From: Acidimicrobiales bacterium
Lineage (GTDB): Bacteria > Actinomycetota > Acidimicrobiia > Acidimicrobiales > Aldehydirespiratoraceae
Assembly (NCBI GenBank): GCA_965207755.1
Contig: OZ242297.1
Span: forward strand, 199,406 to 263,405
Reading direction: 5' to 3'
DNA: 64,000 nt
Shown here: one piece after another, positions 57,080 through 64,000 of the stretch
Layout: each line of letters opens with the position of its first letter
Position numbering within the stretch: the stretch's first letter is position 1
Made by a program: the position numbers and the translations under genes
Notes under the pieces: generated by a model
What the model was told of the DNA's origin: nothing
The model's input: only the letters and a program-made list of their open reading frames with translations
Database searches by the model: none

Positions 57080-58387
57080 GTGGGCCAGGACCGGGTGAGC
57101 GATCAGGGCGAGCCGGGCCGGCCCGTTCCCGCGTACAGCCCGTTCCAGCGCCTGGCCCGCGTCCACGCCGCGGCCACCGCCACCGACGCGGTGATCGCGG
57201 TGGCCCTGGCCGGGTCGATCTTCTTCTCGATCAGCCCCGACGCGGCCCGCGACCGCATCGCCCTGTACCTGGCCCTCACCATGGCGCCGTTCGCGGTGGT
57301 CACACCGCTGATCGGTCCGGTCATCGACCGGATGCCGGGCGGGCGCCGGGCCATGATCCTCACCACCAACCTGGGCCGTCTGGTGGTGGCCCTGCTCATG
57401 ATCCGCCACCTCGACACCCTGTGGCTGTTCCCCGAGGCCTTCGCGCTGCTGGTGCTCCAGAAGTCCTACGCAGTGGCCAAGAGCGCGGTGGTGCCCCGCT
57501 ACGTGCCCACCGAATCCAACCTGGTGCAGGCCAACAGCCGGCTGGCCCTCATCAGCGCGGTGATGAGTCTGGTGGGGGCGGGCACAGGCGCGGCCCTGGC
57601 CTTCCTGGGGAGCCCGGCCGTGGCCGCCGGCGCGGCCACCGTCGGCTACCTGGTGGCGACCGCGATCACGCTGCAGCTGCCCCGCATCCCGGTGGCCCGG
57701 ACCAGGACGACCTCCACCGAGCGCTCCGCCCTGCGGGCGGCCACCATCCTGCTGTCGGCGTCGGCCATGGCGGTGATCCGGGGCGCGGTGGGGTTCGTCA
57801 CCTTCACGCTGGCCTTCGCGCTGCGCGGCGGCGAGGAGGGGCTGGATGTGAGCGCGCCGGGCGCGGCGGCCGGCGGGGCGGTGGCATCCGAGCGCGGCGT
57901 CGACATCGTCGGCGATCCGGGCGCCCCATTCTGGCACTACGCGGTGGTGGTGGCCGTGGCCGGACTGGCCGCCTTCACGGGAGTGCAGGTCGCTCCCGTC
58001 CTGAGGCGCCGCCTGGTGGAGGAGATGATCCTGCTCGGATCGCTGGCCGTGGCCCTGTCCACCGCGTTGCTGGCCGTCATGACCGGCGGGCTGATGGGCA
58101 TGGCGCTGCTGTCGGGCGGTGTGGCCGTCTCGGCCGCGGCGGGCAAGCTCGCCTTCGACTCGCTGGTGCAGCGCGACGCGCCCGACGCCAACCACGGACG
58201 GTCGTTCTCCCGCTTCGAGGCCCGCTTCCAGATCGCCTGGGTGGTCGGCGCCTTCGTCCCGGTGGTCCTGCCCGTCCCGGCCCGGCTGGGATCCGGCATG
58301 GTGGCCGTGGTGGCCGCCGCCGCGCTGGTCTTCTTCGTAGTCAGCCGGCGCCGCCCCTCCATGCCGGGACCCCGGGGACTCGAGTAG
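57080..58387 (+). CDS. MFS transporter
   Basis: 435 aa, about 12 TM, with the loop motif GPVIDRMPGGRR. Confidence 0.8.
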   Translation: MGQDRVSDQGEPGRPVPAYSPFQRLARVHAAATATDAVIAVALAGSIFFSISPDAARDRIALYLALTMAPFAVVTPLIGPVIDRMPGGRRAMILTTNLGRLVVALLMIRHLDTLWLFPEAFALLVLQKSYAVAKSAVVPRYVPTESNLVQANSRLALISAVMSLVGAGTGAALAFLGSPAVAAGAATVGYLVATAITLQLPRIPVARTRTTSTERSALRAATILLSASAMAVIRGAVGFVTFTLAFALRGGEEGLDVSAPGAAAGGAVASERGVDIVGDPGAPFWHYAVVVAVAGLAAFTGVQVAPVLRRRLVEEMILLGSLAVALSTALLAVMTGGLMGMALLSGGVAVSAAAGKLAFDSLVQRDAPDANHGRSFSRFEARFQIAWVVGAFVPVVLPVPARLGSGMVAVVAAAALVFFVVSRRRPSMPGPRGLE

Positions 58388-59674
58388 CTAGCGGGGCAGG
58401 TCGATCCGGGCCAGCCACAGGCCGGCCGCGTCGACCTCGGCCGGGGTGGGCAGGTTGTCCGGATGGGTGAAGAGCCGACGCAGCCCGTCGGTTCCGGCCC
58501 GCTCCACCACCCCCGCGGCGAAGGCCGCCCCCCGTTCGTACTGGGTCTGGTCCAGCTCCAGGCCGAGGAGCCGCGCCACGAACCGGTCGGACGCGCCCGC
58601 CTCGACACGATGGCGCCGCAACGCCTCGGACAGGCGGTCGTACGAACCGATCAGGTCGGCGCCGATGCGGTCCATGGTGAAATCGACGTACCCGGTGATG
58701 GCCGCCACCAGAGCGGTCAACTGCGGCAGGAGCGCATCCTGGGCCGGCGACCTTACCGCTCCCAGCAGGACGTCGGGGCTGCCCAGCTCCGACTGGAGCC
58801 GCGCGAACGCATCAGGGCCGAGAGAGCCGGGGTCGAAGTCGCCCAGCAGCTCCTCGATGCGCCGGGGGTTGGTCTCGAAGGCGGAGGCATGGCGCAGCAG
58901 CAGGTCGCTGACCGCGCCGCGCACATGGTCCACCCCGAACACCGCGCAGCAGGCGGCCTCATGCACGCACACCCACAGGCGGACGTCGTCGGCGTCGAGC
59001 GACCACTCCCGGCTGAACTCGTCGACGTTGGGCAGGGCGACGAGCATCGGCTTGCCGGCGGGGCGGGGCACCGGCAGCACGTAGCCGCCGAGGGCATGCT
59101 GCGCGAGGCGGCCCACCATGGCGCCGGTGGTGAGGGCCAGCATGGTGGGGCCGATCATCTTGGAGATGCCGGCCAGCATGGCCGCCATCGGGTCGCCGGG
59201 CGTGTCGTCGGGGTCCGGCTCAAGGCTCGCCGAGATCGACTTGTGGAGCGCGCCGAACAGGGCCTCGTAGTCGCTGACGGTGCGGTCCGACCACCCGGCG
59301 CGGTTCACCACCTCCACCCGCAGCGCCGCCCCCGGGGCCGGCTGCAGGCCGGTCGCGTCTGCCACCCGCAGCTCGGCCACCCGGACGAGCTGTTCGATGG
59401 CGATGCGCTGGGACGGGTCGATGTTGGGCTCCGAGACCCCGCCGCTGGCGATGGCCCGCCCCACCTCGCGGGCCTGGCCGGCACCGGGCGCGGCCGACTG
59501 CAGCGTCCGCATCAGGTTGCCGAGCAGCGGAACGTCCCCCAGCCCGCCGAAGCCGTCCGGCTCATCAGTCTCGCCGCTCTCGCCCAGATCGCCGAGCCCC
59601 TCCAGACCCTCCAGACCCTCCAGGCCCTCGAAGGGATCTTCGGGCCCGCCCTCTGTTGGCGGATCGCCGCTCAT
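58388..59674 (-). CDS. DUF2342 family zincin-like protein with degenerate HExxH (HEAAC)
   Basis: 428 aa from MSGDPPTEGG. Family-like body, with LWVCVHEAACCAVF where HExxH is expected. N-terminal GLEGLEGLEGLGDLG repeat. Confidence 0.7.
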   Translation of the reverse strand: MSGDPPTEGGPEDPFEGLEGLEGLEGLGDLGESGETDEPDGFGGLGDVPLLGNLMRTLQSAAPGAGQAREVGRAIASGGVSEPNIDPSQRIAIEQLVRVAELRVADATGLQPAPGAALRVEVVNRAGWSDRTVSDYEALFGALHKSISASLEPDPDDTPGDPMAAMLAGISKMIGPTMLALTTGAMVGRLAQHALGGYVLPVPRPAGKPMLVALPNVDEFSREWSLDADDVRLWVCVHEAACCAVFGVDHVRGAVSDLLLRHASAFETNPRRIEELLGDFDPGSLGPDAFARLQSELGSPDVLLGAVRSPAQDALLPQLTALVAAITGYVDFTMDRIGADLIGSYDRLSEALRRHRVEAGASDRFVARLLGLELDQTQYERGAAFAAGVVERAGTDGLRRLFTHPDNLPTPAEVDAAGLWLARIDLPR

Positions 59675-59800
59675 GAGGGCATCGTAGAGGGGTGAGGCCC
59701 CGATTGTCCTGCCCGCCGCCGCCCGCCGGCCCGCCGGGCGGGGAGCGCCCAGAGGCCGGCACACCCGCCGGGCGGATCCTGCCGACACGGGCGAGGCCTT

Positions 59801-59836
59801 GGCCCGAGCGGCCCGTTGGCGCAGCGAACAGGCGCC
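59801..59836 (+). repeat. Repeat family 2, single diverged copy
   Basis: GGCCCGAGCGGCCCGTTGGCGCAGCGAACAGGCGCC in the divergent intergenic region. Confidence 0.7.
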
Positions 59837-59888
59837 GGAGACGCAACGCGGCGGCGAGGTCGGTCGTCGCCGCGCACGGTGCGGTTCG

Positions 59889-60040
59889 ATGAGGCGGGTG
59901 GTGGTGACCGGTTGTCGCGGCGTGGTGGCGATGTCGGTCGTCGCCGCGCACGGTCCGGTTCGATGAGGCGGGTGGTGGTGGCCGGTTGTCGCGGCGTGGT
60001 GGCGAGGTCGGTCGTCGCCGCGCACGGTGCGGTTCGATGA
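59889..60040 (+). other. Two 25-codon mini-ORFs from a 74-bp x3 duplication of the epimerase start, chained by ATGA overlaps
   Basis: ATGAGGCGGGTGGTGGTG(A/G)CCGG at 59889, 59963 and 60037. Each upstream copy reads MRRVVV(T/A)GCRGVVA..AAHG.VR* and ends on the next ATG. Confidence 0.65.
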
Positions 60041-61095
60041 GGCGGGTGGTGGTGACCGGCGCCCACGGCTCGGTGGGGCGTCGGGTGGTGGCCCGCCTGG
60101 CCGAGCAGCATCCGACGGTGAGCGTGGTCGCCATCGACAAGCACGCGCCCCCCGCCCCCTACGCCTCGGTCACCACCAAGCAGGTCGACCTGGCCGGCGC
60201 CGACCTGGGGGCGCTCTTCTCGGGGGCTGACGCGGTGGTGCACCTGGCCTCGGTCGTGGCCGCCGGCACGCTCAAGGAGGCCGAGGTCGAGCTGGAGACG
60301 GCCTTGCTGCACCGGGTGCTCGACGCGCTCGGCGCTGCCGTGGTCCCCCACCTCGTGGTGATGTCCTCGGCGATGGTCTACGGCGCCTGGAAGGACAACC
60401 CGGTACCCCTCACCGAGGACGCTCCCGCCCGCCCCAACCCCGACTTCGACTGGGCGGTGCAGCGGCACCGGCTGGAGCGGCTGGCCCAGCAGTGGGGGCA
60501 GGGCCCGGGCCGGTCCGTCACCGTGCTGCGGCCGGCGCCGGTGGTGGCGGAGGACCGCCTGGGCCGGGCGGCCCACACCCTGCGGGCCGCACGGTCGGGC
60601 GTGACCGCCGACGGCGACCCGCCGGTGCAGTACCTCCACGCCGACGACCTGGCCTCGGCCGTGTTGACGGCGGTGAGCGGGCGCTACGACGGGATACTCA
60701 ACGTGGCGCCCGACGGCTGGATACCTCCCGACACCCTGGCCGCGCTGGAAGGGCCCCGCCCCCGGCTGCGGGTCCCGTCACACCTGGTGAGGATCCTGAG
60801 CGCGCTGCGCTGGCGCTGGGGTCTGGCGCCGACGCCGCCGGGGGTGGTGCCCTACACCACCCACGGGTGGGTGGTGGCCAACGACCGGCTGCGCGCGCTG
60901 GGATGGAGGGCCGCGCACAGCAACGAGGAGGCGTGGGTGGTCTCCCACGAGCCCCACCCGTTGGAGTCGCTGCCGGCCCGCCGCCGCCAGGAGCTGCTGC
61001 TGGCCATTGCGGCGGCGCTGCTGGCCTCCGGCGCGGTCACCGCAGTCCTGATCGTGAGATCCCTGCGCCGGCGCCGCCGCGCTGCCCGTGCGTAG
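60037..61095 (+). CDS. NAD-dependent epimerase/dehydratase family (extended SDR) with C-terminal TM helix
   Basis: MRRVVVTGAHGSVGRRV Rossmann start, YGAWK catalytic YxxxK and a C-terminal hydrophobic segment. Confidence 0.8.
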   Translation: MRRVVVTGAHGSVGRRVVARLAEQHPTVSVVAIDKHAPPAPYASVTTKQVDLAGADLGALFSGADAVVHLASVVAAGTLKEAEVELETALLHRVLDALGAAVVPHLVVMSSAMVYGAWKDNPVPLTEDAPARPNPDFDWAVQRHRLERLAQQWGQGPGRSVTVLRPAPVVAEDRLGRAAHTLRAARSGVTADGDPPVQYLHADDLASAVLTAVSGRYDGILNVAPDGWIPPDTLAALEGPRPRLRVPSHLVRILSALRWRWGLAPTPPGVVPYTTHGWVVANDRLRALGWRAAHSNEEAWVVSHEPHPLESLPARRRQELLLAIAAALLASGAVTAVLIVRSLRRRRRAARA

Positions 61096-61109
61096 CGGCC
61101 GACACGGAA

Positions 61110-61154
61110 TCTCGGCGCGATTCTGCGGACATTCCCCACATTTCCGACCCGAGA
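61110..61154. repeat. Hairpin repeat family 1 variant, single copy
   Basis: TCTCGGCGCGATTCTGCGGACATTCCCCACATTTCCGACCCGAGA. Confidence 0.75.
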
Positions 61155-61214
61155 TCCTGAGCACGCGACTGCGCCTTTCCGCTCGGCCTCCGGCCACCAT
61201 TACGATGTCGCGCA

Positions 61215-61751
61215 GTGCTCGCACCCCCTGACACCGGCGACACCTGGCTCGGGCTGTCATCCGATCCGCTGCCGTCAGCGGAGATGGCCGCGTGGGTGGT
61301 GCTGCCCGACTGCGGCGCGGTGGTGCAGTTCAGCGGCACGGCGCGCGACCACTCGACCGGCCGGCCCGGCGTGGACCTCCTCCACTACGAGGCATACGAG
61401 GATCAGGTCGAGCCCCGACTCCGGTCGATCGCCGCCGAGATGCGAGCCCGCTGGGACGGCCTGGGACGGGTGGCGATGCTTCACCGGGTGGGACCGGTGG
61501 CCGTGGGCGAGCCCGCGGTGGTCGTTGCCGTGTCGTCCCCCCACCGGGACGCCGCCTTCGAGGCGGCCCGCTTCGCCATCGACACCCTCAAGGCCACCGT
61601 CCCCATCTGGAAGCGGGAGCGGTGGCAGGGAGGCGAGAGCTGGGGGCTCGAGGCCCAGCACATCGTCGCCGTGTCTGCCGGCGCCGGGTTGGCCGGCGGG
61701 GCCGGTGTGCCTGCGGGGCCGGGGCCGGCCGTCGCGGAGAGCGCCAGATGA
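61215..61751 (+). CDS. moaE: Molybdopterin synthase catalytic subunit
   Basis: GAVVQFSGTARD, LHYEAYE, VVVAVSSPHRDAAFEAARFAIDTLKATVPIWKRE. Confidence 0.9.
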   Translation: MLAPPDTGDTWLGLSSDPLPSAEMAAWVVLPDCGAVVQFSGTARDHSTGRPGVDLLHYEAYEDQVEPRLRSIAAEMRARWDGLGRVAMLHRVGPVAVGEPAVVVAVSSPHRDAAFEAARFAIDTLKATVPIWKRERWQGGESWGLEAQHIVAVSAGAGLAGGAGVPAGPGPAVAESAR

Positions 61752-62005
61752 GAGGCTCAGTGCTGCTGGTGGTGTCCTCGCTGGGCCTGGCCACCGTCGT
61801 CTCGATGCTGCTGTGGGTGGCCCGCAGGATCACCTGGCGCCGCCCGGTCCCCTTCCTCCGGCAACTCAAGGCCGTGTCGGGCGTTCCGGGACGCTCCGTC
61901 GGCCCGGCCAGCGGGATCTCCAGGCTCGATCCCCTGAATCCTGATCACCCGGCGGAGACCGCCGCGGACGCGGCCGGGGACGCGTCCGCCGTCTCGGAGC
62001 GCTGA
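61748..62005 (+). CDS. Small predicted membrane protein (85 aa), same frame as mreB and separated from it by one TGA
   Basis: ATGA overlap with the moaE stop. N-terminal TM helix SVLLVVSSLGLATVVSMLLWV. TGA at 62003-62005. Confidence 0.4.
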   Translation: MRGSVLLVVSSLGLATVVSMLLWVARRITWRRPVPFLRQLKAVSGVPGRSVGPASGISRLDPLNPDHPAETAADAAGDASAVSER

Positions 62006-62008
62006 GCC

Positions 62009-63013
62009 CTGCCCCGCGACCTGGCCATCGACCTGGGCACGGCCAACACCCTGGTGTACGCCCGCGGGCAGGGCGTGGTGCTGAACGAGCCGTCCGTGGT
62101 GGCCCTCAACACCAACACCAACGAACTGCTGGCGGTGGGCCACAAGGCTCGCCGGATGCTGGGACGCACACCCGGCTACATCGTGGCCCGCCGGCCGCTG
62201 CGCAAGGGCGCCATCACCGACTTCGAGATCACCCAGGACATGATCCGGATCCTGCTCAGGCAGGTGGGGGTGAGCAGGATCAACCGGGCCCGGGTGGTGG
62301 TGTGCGTGCCGTCGGCGATCACTGCGGTCGAGCGGCGGGCCGTGCAGGAGGCCGCCCGCCGGGCCGGCGCCATCGAAGTGCGGCTGATCGACCAGCCCAT
62401 GGCTGCGGCCATCGGCGCCGGACTGCCCATCGATGAGCCGGTCGGGTCGATGGTGATCGACATCGGGGGCGGCACCACCCAGACCGCCCTGCTCAGCCTG
62501 GGCGGGATCGTGGCTCTGGAGGCGGTGAGGGTGGGCTCCTTCGACCTCGACGACGCCGTCCAGGCCCACATGCGCCGCGAGTACGGCATGGCCATCGGCG
62601 AGCCCACCGCGGAGCACACCAAGATCGTGGTCGGCTCGGCGGCGCCGACCCGCAGCGAGACCGCGGCCGAGATCCGCGGCCGGGAACTGATGTCGGGAAT
62701 GCCCAAGACCACAGTGGTGACCCCCGAGGAGATCCGCCGGGCGATCGAGGAGCCGGTGACCGCCATGGTCGACTCGGTGGTGAGCTGCCTGTCGCAGTCA
62801 CCCCCCGAACTGGCCCAGGACCTGATCGCCCGCGGCGTCATCCTCGTCGGCGGGGGAGGGCTGCTCAGGGGGATGGACATCCGGCTGTCCCGGGAGATGT
62901 CGTTGCGGGTGCGGCGGGTCGACGCCCCGCTGGAGACGGTGGTGCGGGGCGCGGGCCGCTGCCTCGAGCAGCTCGGCATGGACTTCTCGATCTTCAGCGA
63001 CGACTTCGAATAG
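62009..63013 (+). CDS. mreB: Rod shape-determining actin homolog MreB (start codon unresolved)
   Basis: DLAIDLGTANTLVYARGQGVVLNEPSVVAL.. through the C-terminus. The only ATG/GTG/TTG after the in-frame TGA is GTG 62054, which would delete the phosphate-1 motif. CTG at 62009 or 62021 is possible. Confidence 0.85.
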   Translation: MPRDLAIDLGTANTLVYARGQGVVLNEPSVVALNTNTNELLAVGHKARRMLGRTPGYIVARRPLRKGAITDFEITQDMIRILLRQVGVSRINRARVVVCVPSAITAVERRAVQEAARRAGAIEVRLIDQPMAAAIGAGLPIDEPVGSMVIDIGGGTTQTALLSLGGIVALEAVRVGSFDLDDAVQAHMRREYGMAIGEPTAEHTKIVVGSAAPTRSETAAEIRGRELMSGMPKTTVVTPEEIRRAIEEPVTAMVDSVVSCLSQSPPELAQDLIARGVILVGGGGLLRGMDIRLSREMSLRVRRVDAPLETVVRGAGRCLEQLGMDFSIFSDDFE

Positions 63014-63027
63014 CCGCGGCTGGCACT

Positions 63028-63066
63028 CCCGCTCTTGTTCGCTGCGCTCACGGGGCCGCTCGGGTC
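63028..63066 (-). repeat. Repeat family 2, single inverted copy
   Basis: CCCGCTCTTGTTCGCTGCGCTCACGGGGCCGCTCGGGTC is the reverse complement of the family-2 unit, between convergent mreB and the HEAT gene. Confidence 0.8.
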
Positions 63067-63074
63067 CCTGGCGC

Positions 63075-63896
63075 CTACACGCCCCGCAGTTCCGCGGCCG
63101 CGGCCCGGACCTGCTTGTCGCGGTCGGTGGATGCCCTCAGCAGAGCGGCATCGACCTCGGGCCCGTCGAAGGGGGCGAGGGCTATCACCGCCCGGCGGCG
63201 GACCTCCGGCTTGTCGTCCAACCCCGCCAGGATCGCCGGCAGACCGGCACGATCCGAGATCGCGCCCAGAGCGGCGACGGCCGACTCCCGGCACAGCGCA
63301 TCGGCGTGGGAGCGGGCCACCCGGACCAGCGCCTCCACCACCGCGGCCGTCTCGGACCCGGATGCACCGGCGTGGACCGCTGGGGCGTGGCCGCTCGCTG
63401 GGGCGTGGCCTGCTGGGGCGTGGCCTGCTGGGGCGTGACCGCTCGCCGAGACCTTCTCCCCGCAGGCCCAGGCGGCGGTCTCCACCACCCGGTGGTCGTC
63501 GTCGGCCAGCAGGCTCGCCGCCGCGGCCGCCGTGACATCGGATCGGCACGCGGCCAGCTCGAGAGCGGTCATCCGCACGGCCGCCGCGGGATCGTCCAGA
63601 GCGCCCGCGAGCTGCTGCCCGGCGAGGTCGCCGGCCCTCTCCAACGCCCGCAGCGCACTCGACCGCACCATCGGGTCGGGGTCGTGGAGGTACGAGCGGG
63701 CCTTGGCGGCGTCGCCGGTGTGGCCGGCCGCGGCCGCTTCCCGGCGCCGCCCGACGGCCCCTGCGGCTCGCTCCGCCCCCTGAGCCGCTGCGTCAGCCAC
63801 CCGGCCCTTCAGCACCCTGCTAGTGGAGTGTCGCGGGTTTGGTTGAGCGACCCGCCAAGTCTCTGACCTCGCGCCATGGACTACAGGGTTCCGCAA
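63075..63896 (-). CDS. HEAT repeat protein
   Basis: Repeated ..D..VR..A..AL.. HEAT-like units (DPDPMVRSSALRALE, DDKPEVRRRAVIALA). In-frame HAPAG x3 microrepeat. Start is uncertain. Confidence 0.65.
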   Translation of the reverse strand: MRNPVVHGARSETWRVAQPNPRHSTSRVLKGRVADAAAQGAERAAGAVGRRREAAAAGHTGDAAKARSYLHDPDPMVRSSALRALERAGDLAGQQLAGALDDPAAAVRMTALELAACRSDVTAAAAASLLADDDHRVVETAAWACGEKVSASGHAPAGHAPAGHAPASGHAPAVHAGASGSETAAVVEALVRVARSHADALCRESAVAALGAISDRAGLPAILAGLDDKPEVRRRAVIALAPFDGPEVDAALLRASTDRDKQVRAAAAELRGV

Positions 63897-64000
63897 TCGT
63901 ACTCACGACATACCGCCATTAGCCCGTCGCGGATGCGATGACCCGGACCGTCCACGGGCCCGAGCGGGTGGACGCGTCCGTCATGCGGATCACGGTTCTC

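Noticed and set aside
61096-61214. Possible Moco riboswitch upstream of moaE (CCTTTCCGCTCGGCCTCCGGCC segment).
   Set aside because: I cannot reproduce the Moco RNA motif consensus or secondary structure from memory with confidence. Most of the spacer is taken up by a hairpin-family repeat copy. This needs an Rfam RF01055 covariance scan.
62003-62005. The TGA upstream of mreB as a selenocysteine codon.
   Set aside because: I could not identify a bacterial SECIS-like hairpin immediately downstream. MreB has no known selenoprotein form, and no sel genes are in the window. Readthrough or a CTG start remain open and are reported as a finding instead.

Overview
High-GC (~70%) chromosomal window from an actinobacterium, judged from a WhiB-family gene and high-GC codon usage. 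I found no rRNA, tRNA or CRISPR by eye. It holds about 55 credible CDSs. 2.5-19 kb: a GntR-associated catabolic region with three PhyH-family dioxygenases, a KGSADH-like aldehyde dehydrogenase, a 5-gene peptide-type ABC importer, a DapA-family lyase, an enolase-superfamily enzyme, a 2-hydroxyacid dehydrogenase and a cytosolic BNR/sialidase-like protein. 19-27 kb: a KhtT/KhtU-like K+/H+ antiporter pair, an IS630 remnant, a DUF368 protein and sdhCAB. 27.7-40.3 kb: a Rieske oxygenase cluster whose parts mirror the Pseudomonas NdmA/B-NdmC-NdmD-NdmE N-demethylase system (intact Rieske oxygenase, paralog without Rieske ligands, GST, Rieske-reductase fusion). It also carries a GcvT-like gene, a BMP-family ABC importer and an XRE-cupin regulator. 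40.5-51 kb: GH2, a ChlI-like AAA ATPase, a decayed Calx-beta-like repeat gene, GH1-like, MaoC and a PhyH-rhodanese fusion. 51.5-64 kb: core genes (VWA partner, whiB, tatA, ppk1, MFS, DUF2342, epimerase, moaE, mreB, HEAT). The most unusual signal is structural. At nine gene junctions the translation-start region is tandemly duplicated, giving chains of mini-ORFs joined to each other and to flanking genes by ATGA/GTGA/TGATG overlaps. Also present are a 45-bp hairpin repeat family (19 copies at 10 intergenic loci), a second dispersed repeat family, a 72-bp x5 array, two recurring candidate operator palindromes, and an mreB with no canonical start codon, in frame behind a TGA-terminated membrane mini-ORF.
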